In this document: positions 28,196 through 38,715 of the stretch, one piece after another | Layout of the letters: each line of letters begins with the position of its first letter | Position numbering within the stretch: position 1 is the first letter of the stretch | DNA from: a virus | Lineage: Duplodnaviria; Caudoviricetes | IMG/VR virus record: IMGVR_UViG_3300020460_000012 | Length of the DNA: 64,000 nucleotides | Direction: 5' to 3' (one strand) | Program-made: the position numbers and the translations under genes | Notes under the pieces: model-generated | Databases searched by the model: none | What the model was told of the DNA's origin: nothing | What the model saw: only the letters and a program-made list of their open reading frames with translations

Positions 28196-28587
28196 TGAAA
28201 GAACCTACAAGATTAGAAGGACATGTACCCAAAGGTTGGGGCTATGAATTAATATGGGCAACTAACGACAAGTACTGTGGTAAGATAATGGTATTTGAAA
28301 AAGTAGGTGCAAAGTTTAGTATGCATTTTCACAAAGAAAAAGAAGAAACATGGTTTGTTAATAGCGGAAAATTTATCGTAAGATGGATTGATACTTCTAA
28401 TGCTACGTTACACGAGAAAGAATTAAAAGAAGGTGATGTTTGGCATAATCCTCCTTTACAACCTCATCAGTTAGAATGTTTAGAACCTATGAGTTCAGTA
28501 ACTGAAGTTAGTACAGCTGATTCAGTAGAAGATAATTACAGACTTATTCCAGGCGACAGTCAAAGTAAAGAAACAGAAAATGGTTGA
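28186..28587 (+). CDS. Cupin, mannose-6-phosphate isomerase-like
   Basis: VPKGWGYE, SMHFHKEKEETW, NPPLQPHQL, EVST. Confidence 0.8.
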   Translation: MELMKEPTRLEGHVPKGWGYELIWATNDKYCGKIMVFEKVGAKFSMHFHKEKEETWFVNSGKFIVRWIDTSNATLHEKELKEGDVWHNPPLQPHQLECLEPMSSVTEVSTADSVEDNYRLIPGDSQSKETENG

Positions 28588-29191
28588 AATAAGTTGGAGT
28601 GACGACTATGATCCTAGTCCTAATTATATCGCACCTAAGTGTGTAGTAGGATTAGATAGAGATGGTGTAATCAACAAAGATCTAGGCACATATTGTTACA
28701 AAATAAAAGACTTTGAACCTATTCCTGGTAGCATAGAAGCTATTGCTAAACTACGCAGATTAGGTCATAAGATTACAATTATCACAAATCAAGGTGGTAT
28801 TGAAAAAGGATTATTTACGCAAGAAGATGTAGATAACGTACATAAGCATTTGTTTGAATTACTAGGTAAAGCTGGTTGCACTAGTATAGACGGAATCTAC
28901 TATAGTGCTAGTAGCAGAAAAAATGATATGTACGCGAAGCCTAATATAGGAATGTTCAAACGATGTGAAAAAGAAATACCACACGTAAAGTTTGCACAAG
29001 GTTTTTATGTTGGTGACAAAATTACTGATTTAAAGGCCGCAATGAAAATAGGTGCTATTCCTATCTTAGTACGCACCGGATATGGTGAAGAAACAGAAAA
29101 ATTATTAAATAGATTTACTTACAAAGCAATAAAAAAGCGTACCAAAGTTTTTGATACGCTTTCTGACTTTGTAAAAAGTTTAGAAAATTAA
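28580..29191 (+). CDS. gmhB: D,D-heptose 1,7-bisphosphate phosphatase (HAD)
   Basis: LDRDGVIN, ITNQGGI, KPNIGM, VGDKITDL. Confidence 0.88.
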   Translation: MVEISWSDDYDPSPNYIAPKCVVGLDRDGVINKDLGTYCYKIKDFEPIPGSIEAIAKLRRLGHKITIITNQGGIEKGLFTQEDVDNVHKHLFELLGKAGCTSIDGIYYSASSRKNDMYAKPNIGMFKRCEKEIPHVKFAQGFYVGDKITDLKAAMKIGAIPILVRTGYGEETEKLLNRFTYKAIKKRTKVFDTLSDFVKSLEN

Positions 29192-32100
29192 GCTTGAGCT
29201 TCACCCCATTTAATAATAATATTCGAATTAATATCTGAGCCAGTCACTTTATACACATTAATAGCTAAAACGTCAGGTCCATTAGGAAATGTTCCTCTGC
29301 CACCTAATGGCGTATTTGTTAACTCTTTCAACTGAGCAAGATCTAGTGTAGATCTCTCTCCAGGCACAGCAATAAATGAGAACACAGTTTCTCCAGGCTG
29401 AGCAAACGGTGGTTGTTCAAATGTTGCTTCAATTGTTCCTGATCCTAGTGCAAGTGTTCCAGTGAATGCGTTATTAAATGATATTTCATAAAAAGTATAA
29501 CTTGCCCACGTAGTTGATGTAATATTACTTACATAAGTGTTAGCAGGGAACGTACCTCCACCGCTTATTCCTGTAATAGCAGTACCAACTACTGTACCCG
29601 CACTATCTACACTTGCTGTAGTTAAGTAAGCATAGTTTTTATTAACAAGTGCCGCGTTGTAAGCAATAGTATAGTGATCAATTGATCCTCCTGGTATACT
29701 ACCTGTTGTATTTTTAGAAAGTCTAAAGTATCCCCAGTTATTACTGGATGGAATATATCCATCTACAATAGTTGTATTAGCTGGTATATGTGTACCTGTA
29801 ATAGATTTACCTAGTACAAAATTTATATCATTACTACCAAATACCGCTCTATAGTCTGATCCACTAACCTCTACATATCTACTACCAGGCCAGTTAGAAT
29901 ATGTACCGCTGTTTACTTGTGCAGTAAGAGCAGCCACAGATGTCATATTAGCAGTTGTAGCTGATTCACCTGTTGTCCAAGTAACACCACCACCTGATGC
30001 TATCTGAGCAAAACTAGGTTGTCCACCTTGTGCAACTCCACTCAATCCTGACCAATTTACATCTGAGGGGTTAAGTGGATAATTTTGAGGATTAAGCACA
30101 CCTTCAACAACAATACCACCGCTTCCTGATTCTGATGTAACTTCAAGACCCATCAGCAATAGCTGAGCACGATTAAGTAGTTCTCTTTCTCCTAAATCAC
30201 CTGTAATAGCATTAGAAACACTAGGTGCTAAACGCATCATAAATGCAGTCTGTTTTGTAGTACTAACAGCAATACCAGTTTCAGCATAACTAAAAATATA
30301 TCCACGATCTTCATCAAATCCACCGTCTGTTAGGAACGCACTACCCCAATGACTAATTAATGGAGTAATTGTTTGTGATATAATTATTACACCGGTCCTT
30401 GCATCGTGTGTAGTAGCAGGACCTCCTGTATAACTACGTTCTGCTCCTGCTTGGAATGTAAGTAAGCTAGCATTTCTAGTAACTCCAGTCAATGTATTTG
30501 TTGCCTTATTATTAGCTGTGTATGTCATTACTTCGTTATCAATATACACTGTGGCTTGATATGGAAAGAAGCTACTATCTTCTAGTTCGATAGTTGTTTG
30601 ATTGTTTGTCATTGCTGTCTTAAGTTTACCTGGAGGACCTTCGTTTGTTACTTCGTACCTAACAGGCAAGTTACCTGAACGCATAAATGCTTCTGTGTTT
30701 ACGTTTGAATTACGCATTCTATGTGCAAAAACAAAGTTACCGTCTGCACCTCTAACCATCCAATCAATAAATCCAGCACCATACCAAGTATATTGTATTC
30801 CAATCATTTGCATTTTAGCTATATCCATATGATAGCCACTTGGTCCTGTGCCGTCTAATTTATCTAAATTAAACTCACTTTGTTTTGCTTTTTTATCTCT
30901 TACTAGTGCTACTTTAGCTCCTGTAATATCAATTACGCCGCGCCAGTCTGGTGTTATTGTGCAACTAGTATCGTTGGTAACATTTGTAACTACATGTGTC
31001 ATACCTTTAATAATAATTCTATCGCCAGCTGTTAATTGATCTCTAAATCTTGTATTTGTACCTGTTACTAGGTTTGAATCTTGGCTAAGTGCTATTGTTC
31101 CGGCAATCTGTTTTGTACCAGTACGCTGTACTGCACTAATTTGTGTACCATCAAATTCCCATAAAATTCCGTTTTGGTCATCAAATATTCCTGAACGCAC
31201 AGTTGCACCGTGCCAACTTACAACACTCATTTGTGCTCCAAAGCCTAATACTGCTGTTGTAGCACCCAGCCTTCTTTTCGATCTAACTTTAAAAGTTCTT
31301 TCGTCTACAACAGATACAACAGTGTAATCAAATTCTTCACCAACTGCTGTGTCAGGTCCACTGTTATAACCTTCTGTTTCAATACCTAATAAACGTATTA
31401 CGCCGCCTACTTGTACCCCATGATCATTGTCATCAGTGACCACTGTAATTAAACTATCAACTTCAATATCCTCAGCTACTACACTTTGTAGATCATAGCT
31501 TGGTGCAAACAATGCACCTGTGGTATACATAATACCTTTACCTGACTGATATCTAATATATTTTTTACTTTGACGTATTGCTTGAGCACCATGTTGTGGG
31601 CCTCCTGTCCCAAGTTGCACACCTCCATCATACGGTCTATGTACAAAGAAACTGTCTGGTCTTGGGTAAACTATACCACTAACAGGAGAAACTGATACAT
31701 CAATTGCACCTGTAGTACGTGCTTGATATCTTAGTGTATTTGATGTGGGAACTTCTGTTGCAAAGAAAGAACCTCCAGCTAAAGCATGATTGTTTGATCC
31801 ACCATCATCAGATGTGATACTAACAATAAATGTATCTCCAGGCACTAGTCCATGTGCATTAGGAAATGATACATTTAATGTTGCCAAGGCCGCATAACTT
31901 ACTGTTTGATTGACAGCTATAGTTCCTGTTGTAGCTTCTGACATTGTTACCGTAGATATAATATCTATGTTAGTTCCTGGGTTAGCAATAGTATACGTAC
32001 CTGTTACTGCTGTTATTATATCTCCACCGACAGCATCCACATATAGTTCTAAATCGTGTAAAGGACTGGCTCCATCAAGTGTTGTGCCAGGAATATTAAT

Positions 32101-35100
32101 TCTGTCTCCAACCTTATAACCACTTCCTCCGTTGAATACTGTTATGTTATCATATGAACTAAAGTTTCTTCTTATATTAAATGTAGCATTAGTGCCTGTG
32201 TTTGGAACATTAGTACCTGCTACACTATTATATGGTCCTGTTGGTTGTGAGGCTGTACCTGCAATGGTTATAGCAGTTATCGCTCCAGCGGCTTCATTAC
32301 TTACTTGTGTAATAGTAATTGTTGCATCATTAGCAGGACTTGCGCCTCTTAAATTTGAACCTGGTATTACTAACTGTTGTCCAACAGCATATCCTGAACC
32401 TGGAGTTTGTATACCATCTGTAAGGTCAACAGTATAGTCTCCTTCTCCAAGTTCAACTCTAAATGTAGCACCTGTTCCTTGTCTATTTGAGCCTACAACT
32501 CCTAATGCTGTCCTTCCATTCACTGCTGTACCAGTAGTAGTATATGTTAAGATTGCACCATTTGCATCAACACTAGCTATGGTACCTGTAATATCGTTTA
32601 TTGGAGAACTTCCACCTAAACCAGTGGCATTACCTGCAATAGTAAATGTTTCTCCTACAAGATAGTTTAATCCGCCGCCACCTGTAACCTGATAGCTTGC
32701 TCCTGTGACTTGTACTGTAAATGTAGCATTTCCGTCACCTCCTGCGGTATTAGAAGTAAATGCAACATTTGTAAATGTTTCGTCTCTTTGCGGAGCATTT
32801 GTTGTAGTAAATGCAATGCCAGTAATCCTTCCAGCTAATCCCACAGAACCAACATCGAATGTTATAGCACTTGCTCCACCGTTACCTAAAACACTATCTG
32901 CAATAGTCACAGTTGATCCCTGAGCATTACCTAATCCAGGAGTAGCTATAGTAATATCTTCTAAATCAATATCTCCTGCTGTTGATATAGTGCCTACGTC
33001 CATTGTAAAAGCGGCTGCACCGCCACCTCCTAGCGAACTATCTTGAATTGTAATTGTGTCGCTTACTGAGTGTCCTGATCCTATTGTTTTTACTACTACG
33101 CTAAGAACAGCACCAATAGCGTTGACCGTGATGTCAAATGTTCCAACTACTCCTGATCCAGTACTTGTACCGCTAACATTAGTATATGTGCCAGCCGTTC
33201 TTGATGCATCACTAGCACCAAAGTTAGTCATAGTTTTATGGCCGCCTGCTGGCTGTACTATAATGTCAAATGTTGCTCCACCTCCGCCTGAAGAGGCAGT
33301 AACACCTGAGTATGTACCTGGAGTTCTATTTGTAGGTGTTTGTGTTAAGTTAGTTAAACTTAGGATTTCACCTCCTGAGCTAACTGTATTAACTGTAACA
33401 TAGTTGTTATGTGTTGCACTACCTCCTGTAGGTTGAATTACATCACCTCCTAATACTATGCTATCACCAACGACATATCCTGATCCGCCATTATTTATAG
33501 TAACACCAGTATAAGTTGTGTTTAAATATTCAACATTAAAGCTTGCATTTGTGCCTGCATTACCATACGGATTATGAGAAAGTGGTGTTAATATAGCAAA
33601 TCCATTAAAGCTTAATCCGCTTATTGTTGCTGTATTAATGTCACCGTCACTATTAACAGAAGTTACAAATATTGTTGCATCATTAGCTGGTGTTTCTCCG
33701 CCTAGCAAATTACCTAGGACTTTAATAGTATCTCCTGCTACATAACCGTATCCGCCATTTGCTACACTATTCAATACGTAAGTGTTACTTGAATCTCCTG
33801 AAGGAGATATATTAAAAGTAGCATCTGCTCCATTAGCTGATACATTTGAACCGCTTATTTCAGTATAGTTTACAACATTACCAATTCTTGTATTAACAAA
33901 ATTACCGCTGAACTGTACTCCTAGTCCTGAAGCACCAGTACCTATTGTTTGCACATATATTGCTGTACCGTCTCCTCTATCAACAGCCATATTTGCAGCC
34001 AAACCTGCTGTGTCTGTAACTTGCAAAGTATCAGTGTTTGGTGCCGCATTTGCTGTTGTAGTCAAAGTTAAAAATGTTCCGCCGCCTGCACTTGTATCAA
34101 TAATTTGTGTTACTTGTGAACCAGCAGGGATACTAGCTTGTGTTAATGGAGAACCTACTTCTGGTGCCGCGCCGTCAAACGGTAAAATAGTGCTTCCACT
34201 TGCTACAGCTAATTGTGTCGTAAAACTTCCCGATGAACCATTACTAGCTATAGTAAATGTTGGCTGACTTATTGATGCTCCAGTATAAAATCCAGCTTTG
34301 CGTAATTGACAGTATGTTGTAACTAAAACTTCACCGTTATTTGTTCCTACTTTGGCCTTTGCATAATAGTTAAAAGTTTTATCACCCGTTACGCTATTAA
34401 TTACAAATGAGCCTTCTGCTCTAGCGGCTCCAACAACACTATCTTCTAATGCTTTAATTGTAATAGGTTGTCCGTCTTCAAATCCGTGTGCAACTACTGT
34501 AGTGACAGTAATTAAACTAGCACCTATGCCTCCAGTACCTGTACTTGCGTCAGTCGTTACATTTTGTACTGCTGTATTTGTTGCAGGTATTTCATAAACA
34601 CTTGGATACCCTCTAAGTGTACCTATAGCTGACCATTTAGTAGGCTGTAACCCATATTCGAAGTCAGCGTCAAGCATACTAAGAGGATGGGCAATACGCA
34701 TACGCTCAATTGCATCAGTACCAAAATCATATGGTCTTACTTGTACAACACTTTTCCCATTTTCTACTTTTTCTACAAAAACTTGTAGATGATCAGTTGC
34801 GTCATGAGAGGTAGTATTGTAATTAAAATATATTCTTGTAATTGCATCAGTTGTTTGTAAGTATGTTCCAAAATCAGAATCATAACCTTTGGTAATTAAT
34901 TTTGCTGTACCACCGTTTTCTGCATTAGAAAAGTTATATATGATTTCATTTTTTGTTGTGTTAGTAACAAGTAATAATTCGTCTAAACCCCAACGACCTT
35001 GGACTTTAATATTTCCTACTCCTGTATCTACTAAAACAGGGAGCTGATCTAATCCTAAATTTATTACATTTATGACTATTCCAGCAAGTTCGTTTATCCT

Positions 35101-35565
35101 AACTATAGCACCAGCTTCTGCATTGTCGCCAGTTGTATCTGTAGTTTGTATTACCTGTGTTTGATTACCAGAATATGCACTATTTGTAAATAAAAAGTCT
35201 CTAATTATATCTCTAATTTTTTCATATGTTTTTACTTCAGCTTGTCTATCACCATCGAATTGCGATACAGTACCTTCCCAAAAATCACTAGCGACTTTCC
35301 TTGTTTCTTCATTTCCGCCATATCTTAAGTCCCATGCCCAAGCATCGATAACTTTTCCTATTTCTGTTTCCCACTGTGTTACACTATAAGTATATCCTGA
35401 AAATCCTGTGGCTCCTGCTGTAACTTGCGCCTCTATCCATGCAACCGCTTCTTTTTGTAAGTAATATTTGTTCCCCCAAAGCAAAGCATATGCATTTGGA
35501 TATACGTATCCTGTTGCACTCATTCCTGGCTTAAATACGTAATTTTTTATTTGTGTCTTTGCCAT
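29188..35565 (-). CDS. Large virion structural/tail fibre-like protein (2125 aa)
   Basis: G/T/S-rich, repeated GSGY..GD.I...G..LGG..P..D beta modules; within the structural cluster. Confidence 0.7.
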   Translation of the reverse strand: MAKTQIKNYVFKPGMSATGYVYPNAYALLWGNKYYLQKEAVAWIEAQVTAGATGFSGYTYSVTQWETEIGKVIDAWAWDLRYGGNEETRKVASDFWEGTVSQFDGDRQAEVKTYEKIRDIIRDFLFTNSAYSGNQTQVIQTTDTTGDNAEAGAIVRINELAGIVINVINLGLDQLPVLVDTGVGNIKVQGRWGLDELLLVTNTTKNEIIYNFSNAENGGTAKLITKGYDSDFGTYLQTTDAITRIYFNYNTTSHDATDHLQVFVEKVENGKSVVQVRPYDFGTDAIERMRIAHPLSMLDADFEYGLQPTKWSAIGTLRGYPSVYEIPATNTAVQNVTTDASTGTGGIGASLITVTTVVAHGFEDGQPITIKALEDSVVGAARAEGSFVINSVTGDKTFNYYAKAKVGTNNGEVLVTTYCQLRKAGFYTGASISQPTFTIASNGSSGSFTTQLAVASGSTILPFDGAAPEVGSPLTQASIPAGSQVTQIIDTSAGGGTFLTLTTTANAAPNTDTLQVTDTAGLAANMAVDRGDGTAIYVQTIGTGASGLGVQFSGNFVNTRIGNVVNYTEISGSNVSANGADATFNISPSGDSSNTYVLNSVANGGYGYVAGDTIKVLGNLLGGETPANDATIFVTSVNSDGDINTATISGLSFNGFAILTPLSHNPYGNAGTNASFNVEYLNTTYTGVTINNGGSGYVVGDSIVLGGDVIQPTGGSATHNNYVTVNTVSSGGEILSLTNLTQTPTNRTPGTYSGVTASSGGGGATFDIIVQPAGGHKTMTNFGASDASRTAGTYTNVSGTSTGSGVVGTFDITVNAIGAVLSVVVKTIGSGHSVSDTITIQDSSLGGGGAAAFTMDVGTISTAGDIDLEDITIATPGLGNAQGSTVTIADSVLGNGGASAITFDVGSVGLAGRITGIAFTTTNAPQRDETFTNVAFTSNTAGGDGNATFTVQVTGASYQVTGGGGLNYLVGETFTIAGNATGLGGSSPINDITGTIASVDANGAILTYTTTGTAVNGRTALGVVGSNRQGTGATFRVELGEGDYTVDLTDGIQTPGSGYAVGQQLVIPGSNLRGASPANDATITITQVSNEAAGAITAITIAGTASQPTGPYNSVAGTNVPNTGTNATFNIRRNFSSYDNITVFNGGSGYKVGDRINIPGTTLDGASPLHDLELYVDAVGGDIITAVTGTYTIANPGTNIDIISTVTMSEATTGTIAVNQTVSYAALATLNVSFPNAHGLVPGDTFIVSITSDDGGSNNHALAGGSFFATEVPTSNTLRYQARTTGAIDVSVSPVSGIVYPRPDSFFVHRPYDGGVQLGTGGPQHGAQAIRQSKKYIRYQSGKGIMYTTGALFAPSYDLQSVVAEDIEVDSLITVVTDDNDHGVQVGGVIRLLGIETEGYNSGPDTAVGEEFDYTVVSVVDERTFKVRSKRRLGATTAVLGFGAQMSVVSWHGATVRSGIFDDQNGILWEFDGTQISAVQRTGTKQIAGTIALSQDSNLVTGTNTRFRDQLTAGDRIIIKGMTHVVTNVTNDTSCTITPDWRGVIDITGAKVALVRDKKAKQSEFNLDKLDGTGPSGYHMDIAKMQMIGIQYTWYGAGFIDWMVRGADGNFVFAHRMRNSNVNTEAFMRSGNLPVRYEVTNEGPPGKLKTAMTNNQTTIELEDSSFFPYQATVYIDNEVMTYTANNKATNTLTGVTRNASLLTFQAGAERSYTGGPATTHDARTGVIIISQTITPLISHWGSAFLTDGGFDEDRGYIFSYAETGIAVSTTKQTAFMMRLAPSVSNAITGDLGERELLNRAQLLLMGLEVTSESGSGGIVVEGVLNPQNYPLNPSDVNWSGLSGVAQGGQPSFAQIASGGGVTWTTGESATTANMTSVAALTAQVNSGTYSNWPGSRYVEVSGSDYRAVFGSNDINFVLGKSITGTHIPANTTIVDGYIPSSNNWGYFRLSKNTTGSIPGGSIDHYTIAYNAALVNKNYAYLTTASVDSAGTVVGTAITGISGGGTFPANTYVSNITSTTWASYTFYEISFNNAFTGTLALGSGTIEATFEQPPFAQPGETVFSFIAVPGERSTLDLAQLKELTNTPLGGRGTFPNGPDVLAINVYKVTGSDINSNIIIKWGEAQA

Positions 35566-35571
35566 ATTCTT

Positions 35572-36444
35572 TTAAATCCCAAATGCTATCGCAAACGCTG
35601 TTGATGTTTCATCTACATATTTTTTGTTTGGCACTGCTGTTACTCCTGATACTGCGCCACTTAGTGTTGCGGTTGTAAAAGATGCTGTTGATGGTGTAGT
35701 TGCACCTATTGTTGTATTATCAATTGTACTGTTATTTATAGGTCCTACTATTCTTCCGTTTACACTATCGACTAACAAAGTACTGTTATCTGAATATACA
35801 GAGCCATTAAGATCTCCTGTTACTCCGCCAGTAGCTGATATCATACTAGCAACACTCATTGTACCGCCAATATTTGCATTTCCTACTACGCCCAAACCTC
35901 CGGATACTTTTAAAGCACCAGTTGAAACACTTGTACTTTGTGTAGTATTTGTGATACTAACTTCACTAAAGTTTCTTGCTTGATCTAAAACTGTAATTAC
36001 ACCATACACTGTACCATCTACATTACCATAATACAATGTATCTGGTGCAGATAAAGGAATAGTCCATGTTAGTCTTCCTGAGCTTTTTCCTTGTGCAGAG
36101 TCTCCAACTGTACTATCACTGTGCCTTAAACCACTACTATAAACTGCTGTTGATCCAGGTGTAACACTACTAAAGATTTTAAAAACTAAAGTTGTAAATG
36201 CTAAATCTATTGTAGATGTTTGATTTCTATATACGGTTATGCCAGGTTGATTATTTAATTGGCCATCAAATCTGAAATTGCCTGCGGCTTCCACAAAGTC
36301 GTAATCTGCCGCTAATCCTGCTTCAGAATTATCTACAGATAAAGTTAAAGTACTAGCAGATATATTTCCGTTAGCGTCTACTGTAAAATTAGGGCTCTTG
36401 AACCCGTATTCTGATCTAAAAGGCGTATTAACTGTCGTTGGCAT
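35572..36444 (-). CDS. Virion structural protein
   Basis: Fibre-shaft-like TGALKVSGGLGV and IDNTTIGATTPS repeats; C-terminal AFAIAFGI. Confidence 0.65.
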   Translation of the reverse strand: MPTTVNTPFRSEYGFKSPNFTVDANGNISASTLTLSVDNSEAGLAADYDFVEAAGNFRFDGQLNNQPGITVYRNQTSTIDLAFTTLVFKIFSSVTPGSTAVYSSGLRHSDSTVGDSAQGKSSGRLTWTIPLSAPDTLYYGNVDGTVYGVITVLDQARNFSEVSITNTTQSTSVSTGALKVSGGLGVVGNANIGGTMSVASMISATGGVTGDLNGSVYSDNSTLLVDSVNGRIVGPINNSTIDNTTIGATTPSTASFTTATLSGAVSGVTAVPNKKYVDETSTAFAIAFGI

Positions 36445-36483
36445 TCTTTACTCCATATAGTATATTTAGCCTAGTTATGAATG

Positions 36484-36885
36484 TCAACTAGTTAATGGAT
36501 TTTGGTTTTGAAAGTAATTTGCAGTGTAAATAAACTTCGCACCTTCATATCCTGTTTTAGCTGTTATAAGTAAGTCAACATATGATTGATTTACTGTGAC
36601 TGACAGGTCTACAAGATCGTTGCCTAAATTGCTACGAGAAAATGCATTTAGATTAGCATAGTCTACACCTACTGCAACAATACACTTGATTATTTCTTTA
36701 TTAGCATTGTTATAGTCTATTGAGATTGTAAATTCTGCTGTGCTAAATTCACCTGCATGCCAGCGTTCTACTTGTGTATTTGTATAAGCTTGTTTCCATG
36801 GACCATTATGAGAGGTAGCACCATTATTGCGAAGAAGTAATGTTTTTTTAATTCCGTCTTTAAAGTAATTTGCAATGTTAAACAT
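36484..36885 (-). CDS. Hypothetical structural protein
   Basis: 133 aa beta-rich, GATAAATA upstream. Confidence 0.55.
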   Translation of the reverse strand: MFNIANYFKDGIKKTLLLRNNGATSHNGPWKQAYTNTQVERWHAGEFSTAEFTISIDYNNANKEIIKCIVAVGVDYANLNAFSRSNLGNDLVDLSVTVNQSYVDLLITAKTGYEGAKFIYTANYFQNQNPLTS

Positions 36886-36909
36886 AATGATCCTTTGTCA
36901 TTATATTTA

Positions 36910-38715
36910 TCAGTTATTTACTATGATTAGTTTTCCAAATTCTGGCAAGTATAGATACTCAATATCACTGGTAGCAAGTGTGCGTATTGCATCATCAAGG
37001 GTTTCTACTAATGGTTCACCGCCTAAGTTAAAACTTGTGTTAAAAATAATTGGAACGTTTGTTTTATCTTTAAATGCTTTAATAATATCGTAATAATGTG
37101 GATTTTGATCTCTACTTACAGTTTGAATGCGACAAGTTCCGTCTACATGGATAATTGCAGGAATTTTTTCTTCTACACCTTCTTGACAATTTACAGCATA
37201 CATCATTGTAGGACTGCTATCCATTCCTCGTAAATCAAACCAATCATGTGCATCTTCTTCTAGTATACTGCCAGCAAAAGGCCTGAAATATTCTCTACGT
37301 TTTACTGCATTTACAAAATCTTTTCCGTCTTTATAAGTAGGGTCAAACATCAAGCTTCTATTACCTAATGCACGTGGTCCATTTTCTGATCGCCCTTGAA
37401 AACAAGCAACAATATTTTTTGTAGTCATAAGTTCGACTACATCTTCATGATTTGCATCTTTAATTTCAGCATCATATTTTTCAACTGTGCTATAAATTTC
37501 TTGTTCTGAATATTCATATTTAGGACCTAAAAATACGTTATCTGCTCTTGCATTAACTTTTGTATCTTGGGATACTTTATAATGCTGAAGTAATGCCGCA
37601 CCCATTGCTGTGCCTGCATCATTAGAAATAGGCTCTACATAAATTTCAATGCCTTCATCTTTTAAAGCTTCTAAGTAATGATAATTAGCTACACAGTTTA
37701 AACCGTATCCTCCGCTTATCACAACTTTTTTACATCTTGATTTTTCAACAGCATGTCTAATTAGCTTTACTACTGCTTCTTGTGTTTCTTGTTGTACAGC
37801 ATATGCTAAGTCTCTTCTATTTTCTAAGTAAGTAACATCTTCCTGATCAAATGCTAATTCTTCATTATCTAACTCTGCATACATTCCTTTGTTAACAACA
37901 GCTCCATTAGGATATCTTGGTACTATTAAACTTCTACTAGTTGTTGGAATTGGTAGTGTTACTTCGTTATCCATAATAGCAGGAATATTATCGTTAGGTT
38001 TACCGTAGGGTGAAAGGCCCATAGTTTTACCTGCTTCAATAGCTTGAAAGCCACAGTATTCAGTAACAGCTTCATATGCTTTAACAATTCCTGCACGATC
38101 ATGAATAAAAGCAGTATAATTTGTATTAGGCTCGCCCCAATTAGTGGCATCCCAATTATCAACTACTGCACCTGGTATAGCTTCTCTTGCACCTATACTT
38201 TTGTGTAGAGTTTTAAATTTATCAGGATACTGACATTTGTAAATACTTTCTGTTTCCCAAATAGTCATACTATTGCCCTCGTGGGTCAATGGAAAAAACG
38301 TACCAGCTCCATCAACAATAACCGCTACAGCTTCGTCAAATCCTGATCTATAAAAAGCCATTGCCGCATGCATTTTGTGATGATACATTGCTACATCAAT
38401 TACTTCTGCTCTGCTTGATGGATCTTGTGTATGCAATAAACCTATTTTTCTAGCTAAACCTGTGTAAACATCTTCACCAGAGTAATCTAATTTACCAGCA
38501 GTTTCTTCTAATCCAGTAGTATGTGCAATTACTAAGTAATCTAATCTGTCAGTATATTCTTTTATTTTAAGAATACTAGCCAATGGTCCGCCATCGTATT
38601 TTAATCTAGTAAGTCTTTCTTCTTCGATACTAAAAACAATTTTGCCATCTTTTAACAAACATACACCTGCGTTATGTCCTCTAGCTATTCCTGCGATCCA
38701 TATTGGTTTAGTCAT
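36910..38715 (-). CDS. Carbamoyltransferase (NodU/CmcH family)
   Basis: GHNAGVC, EEERLTRLK, HHKMHA, EAGKTMGLSPYG, SGGYGLNCVAN, GPRALGNRS, KRREYFRPFA, NTSFNLGGEP. Confidence 0.95.
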   Translation of the reverse strand: MTKPIWIAGIARGHNAGVCLLKDGKIVFSIEEERLTRLKYDGGPLASILKIKEYTDRLDYLVIAHTTGLEETAGKLDYSGEDVYTGLARKIGLLHTQDPSSRAEVIDVAMYHHKMHAAMAFYRSGFDEAVAVIVDGAGTFFPLTHEGNSMTIWETESIYKCQYPDKFKTLHKSIGAREAIPGAVVDNWDATNWGEPNTNYTAFIHDRAGIVKAYEAVTEYCGFQAIEAGKTMGLSPYGKPNDNIPAIMDNEVTLPIPTTSRSLIVPRYPNGAVVNKGMYAELDNEELAFDQEDVTYLENRRDLAYAVQQETQEAVVKLIRHAVEKSRCKKVVISGGYGLNCVANYHYLEALKDEGIEIYVEPISNDAGTAMGAALLQHYKVSQDTKVNARADNVFLGPKYEYSEQEIYSTVEKYDAEIKDANHEDVVELMTTKNIVACFQGRSENGPRALGNRSLMFDPTYKDGKDFVNAVKRREYFRPFAGSILEEDAHDWFDLRGMDSSPTMMYAVNCQEGVEEKIPAIIHVDGTCRIQTVSRDQNPHYYDIIKAFKDKTNVPIIFNTSFNLGGEPLVETLDDAIRTLATSDIEYLYLPEFGKLIIVNN

